From the NCBI GenBank assembly GCA_043228905.1, contig JBHGNT010000013.1:12400001-12464000 (forward strand): a stretch of 64,000 bases of DNA, given 5' to 3'. Position numbers and translations under genes: made by a program. The notes beneath the pieces were generated by a model that was given only the letters and a program-made list of their open reading frames with translations, was not told the DNA's origin and ran no database searches. Source of the DNA: Azolla caroliniana. Lineage: Eukaryota > Plantae > Polypodiophyta. This document shows positions 61,250-64,000 of this stretch, one piece after another. Numbering within the stretch: position 1 is the first letter of the stretch; each line of letters begins with the position of its first letter.

Positions 61250-63039
61250 CATCGGGTGGGTGATCAACTAGGAGGACGAGGACGGCGCACGGTTCCCGAT
61301 CCGGTTCGGGGCAAAGGTATTGAGCGAGCGACAGCGGGGATACGCCCAAGTCAAGCGCGAACTTTGGGGTATCATTTCGGTAGTCAAGGCCGATAGGGAC
61401 TACCTGATCGGGACGGAGGTAACAATCGAGACGAACTGCCTGCCGATACTCGGCATGGTTTCCAGATGCGCGACGCCGGACCTAGCAATGCTCCGGTGGA
61501 TAGCGTACATTAAGTCCCTGAACCCGGAGATATGGCACATCTCCAGAAAGGATAACGCCATGGCCGACATGCTTTCGTGAGCAAGGTTCAACGACGAAGA
61601 CGACATGGTTTCGGATGGCGAAGAAGTCGGCGAGGACTTCTTCGGGTCGGCTAATGTGATGACGAGGAAAGGGGACAATGCGGCGCTTAACGAATTTGAT
61701 GAAAGCAGGTACAACAGGGAGTGGCTCCAAATCGGGAGGTTCCTACGGGCGATGACGCCAGACGCAGTGTGGATGAGAGAAGAGGCGAGCCGGGTACGGA
61801 AGAAGGCGTACCGATTCTTCCTACGGGACGGGTGCATATGGAGGCACCCAAAGAAAAGAAACGGCATCCCGCTCCGAGTAGTGGCAAAGAAAGAAGAACA
61901 GGAGGAACTACTGGCGGCATTTCACGAGAGTCCCTGGGCCGGGCACCGCGGAACGTGGGCCACGTTCGAGAAGCTGAAGGAGAAGTACTGGTGGCTAGGG
62001 CTGTACCAGGACGTGCATCAGTTGGTAACGACTTGCGAAAGCTGTCAGATGCACTCCGTTACACCCGACTTACCCGCTTGCGGTCCATTTCAAGTGGATG
62101 GTGGACTTGGTGACGATGCCGATGGGAGTAGGACAGATGCGATACCTGGTGCTTGCGCGGGAAGACTTAATGAACCAGGTGGAAGGTCGTGCACTGCAGA
62201 ACAAGACAACCACAGCGGTATGCCGATTCCTGATCGAAGAGGTGGTGTGTCGGTACGGGTGCGTCAGGAGGATCGTGGCGGACCGGGGAGAGCTGGATGC
62301 GCGGGAAGCCAAGGAGCTGTTGGACCAGCTAGGGGTCAAACTCTCCCTCACTACGGCGTACAATCCAGAGGGGAACGGGAAGGTAGAACGTGGGCACGGG
62401 CCGATCGTAAAGGCGTTCGTGTGTACATGCAGAGGGCAGGTCGGCAATTGGTCGTGGCTCCTTCCATACGCACTATGGGCGGACCGAACTACGCATAGTT
62501 AAGTGACAGGGTTTATGCCGGCTGAGCTGATGTACCGACAGAAACTGATCATGCCGGTGGAACGGACGGTTTCTTCATGGGCGGCGGTAGATTGGAAGGA
62601 CGAGATGAGCCAGGAGGGGTTGCTAGCGGCGTGGATTCAGCAACTTGAGCGGAGGCCGGAGGATGTGAAACGAGCGAAGGAAAAGCTGCAAGCAGCAAGG
62701 GAGCGGAACAAGACCCGGTTCAACCGGACGCACCGGTTGCGACCAAAGAAGATCGAGGAAGGCGACTGGGTCTTGGTATACGACAACAGCCTCGACAATC
62801 AGCACAAGGCGGTGCGAAAGTTCGCTAAGAGATGGTTCGGGTCCTACACGGTGACGAGCGCGAATGACAACGGCACGTACTACCTCGCGGAACTCGATGG
62901 GACACGATTAGCAGTACCAATGGTCGGGAAGCAGATCAAAGCGTTCAAGAAGCGGTTCGAAGACGAGCCGGCGCCGGCGAGCGAGAGCGACGACGACGAT
63001 CGGTTCGGGCCCGACGGAGAATCGGAGAGTGACGAGTGA
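61250..63039 (+). pseudogene. pol: RNase H plus integrase remnant
   Basis: GYAQVKRELWG; HESPWAGH...CESC; IVADRGELD...YNPEGNGKVERGH. Frameshifted. Confidence 0.9.
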
Positions 63040-64000
63040 GGCCGGTTTTCTTCGGTATCTACCCGTCTCTGGCGCATGCCGGTGGATGCGCGGTTTGGTG
63101 GGGGTGGATGTCATGAAGAAAACCGGCCATAGGCGGAATCGGAGAGAAAGGCGCATGAACCGGCGCTCACATAGGTGGACGCGAGTATTGATATTGTGGT
63201 CATAATTCATAATTAGGTCGGTTGATGTAAATACAAGGTAGTACATATTTATTAGAAGATTGGTGCGTATCTCTGTAAAAAGGGACAGGGAATAAAGCAA
63301 TTTGACTAGGGGAAGAACGATCCCCTTTTTGTGAACTATTTAAGGAGGAAGAGAGGGAAGAAAGGGGATCGCGCGTTGGCGAGGACGAAGTGCTAGTGCA
63401 GAACTGAGTGCCGAGCTCTCTCTTCTCCTCCGATCGTCAGTCTCTATGGGTGTCGGGAGTTCGCTGCCTCTGCTTCGTTGACAGCCCGTGTGCTTCCAGC
63501 AGAGGCTCTCCCCTTTTTGTTTCTTTGAGAGCAGTGTGTTCTGTTTGTGTGCGTGAGTAGGATCCCCGTGTTGGGTCCATCGCCGCCTTGCCAGTTGTAA
63601 TCGTCAGAGTTTGTAATCTCCTGATATTGTAATCGACGGTTACTGTAATTAAGTGTTTCGTTTCTTTTTCTTTCCTTCTCCCTTCTGCGTATCTGCAAAT
63701 CTCTTCCCCTCTCCTCTTCTCTCTCTCTCTCTCTCTCTCGCTCCTTGGTTCAAGGCCCCTGTGGTCCGCCTCTTTCTACACACACGAGCGTAACAACGCG
63801 ACAACGCATTGTCGGCCTTTGCCCGGCCAGATCGTGCATCGTCTTCCTCTCTGCTTACCGGTGTCCTCTGTGTCCGAGGAACACCCTGTAGTAGCCCGCT
63901 TGGCCCCCTTTCGTTTCGCGCCACTGCGACCGGTCTGAAGCCTTCTGCTTGCCATCGTCCTCTCGCCCCCACCGGCTTGTCATCTCAATCTTGGCTTGCC

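Larger units (their letters stand above)
51055..63803 (+). mobile_element. Trp-family gypsy with deleted PR/RT (5' LTR split 51055-51072 plus 59234-59909; 3' LTR 63109-63803)
   Basis: TSD ACGC/ACGC; PBS TGGTGAACCCGACG at 59914; gag remnant with CMWCDAIGHIQKDC; RH and INT remnants at about 61250-63039. Confidence 0.9.
49360..64000 (-). mobile_element. Trp-family non-autonomous element (3' LTR 49360-50383; internal 50384-51054, resuming at 63808) hosting the nest
   Basis: Minus PPT followed by TGTCGTGAAGATTTTCGG at 50383; RERQIWWIGWSRR tail; left flank ACGT. Confidence 0.75.

Overview
Eukaryotic DNA, almost certainly a heterochromatin-like, TE-saturated region of a land plant. A non-seed plant (fern, lycophyte or bryophyte) is inferred from the element spectrum. 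No intact host gene is present. The window is a deep nest of LTR retrotransposons: (i) a Ty3/gypsy superfamily with a tRNA-Trp PBS, GGTGGGGG(C/T)GGA PPT and 4-bp TSDs (about nine copies or fragments); (ii) several Tnt1/Tto1-like Ty1/copia copies and solo LTRs; (iii) one very young, intact chromovirus (Tcn1/Tf1-sushi-like, 40753-46551, minus); (iv) a degenerate gypsy at 1.2-6.2 kb; and (v) a non-autonomous LTR element (9564-12557) carrying a captured mitochondrial HSP70 5' fragment. There is also a hAT remnant and an intron-containing Sola2-like DNA transposase associated with palindromic TAGCTAATTAGCTA satellites. Most notable observations: a tRNA-Arg PBS at both internal ends of the non-autonomous element (a tRNA 3'-end copy sits where the PPT should be); CpG-centred (nCGn) target sites of the Trp-primed family; antisense tRNA-like Pol III A/B-box modules in the U3 of unrelated LTR families; a Tf1-type self-priming site and a -1 frameshift signal in the chromovirus; and a conserved Arg/Trp-rich domain fused to Gag in pol-less elements. 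All boundaries were read by eye and no database search was run.
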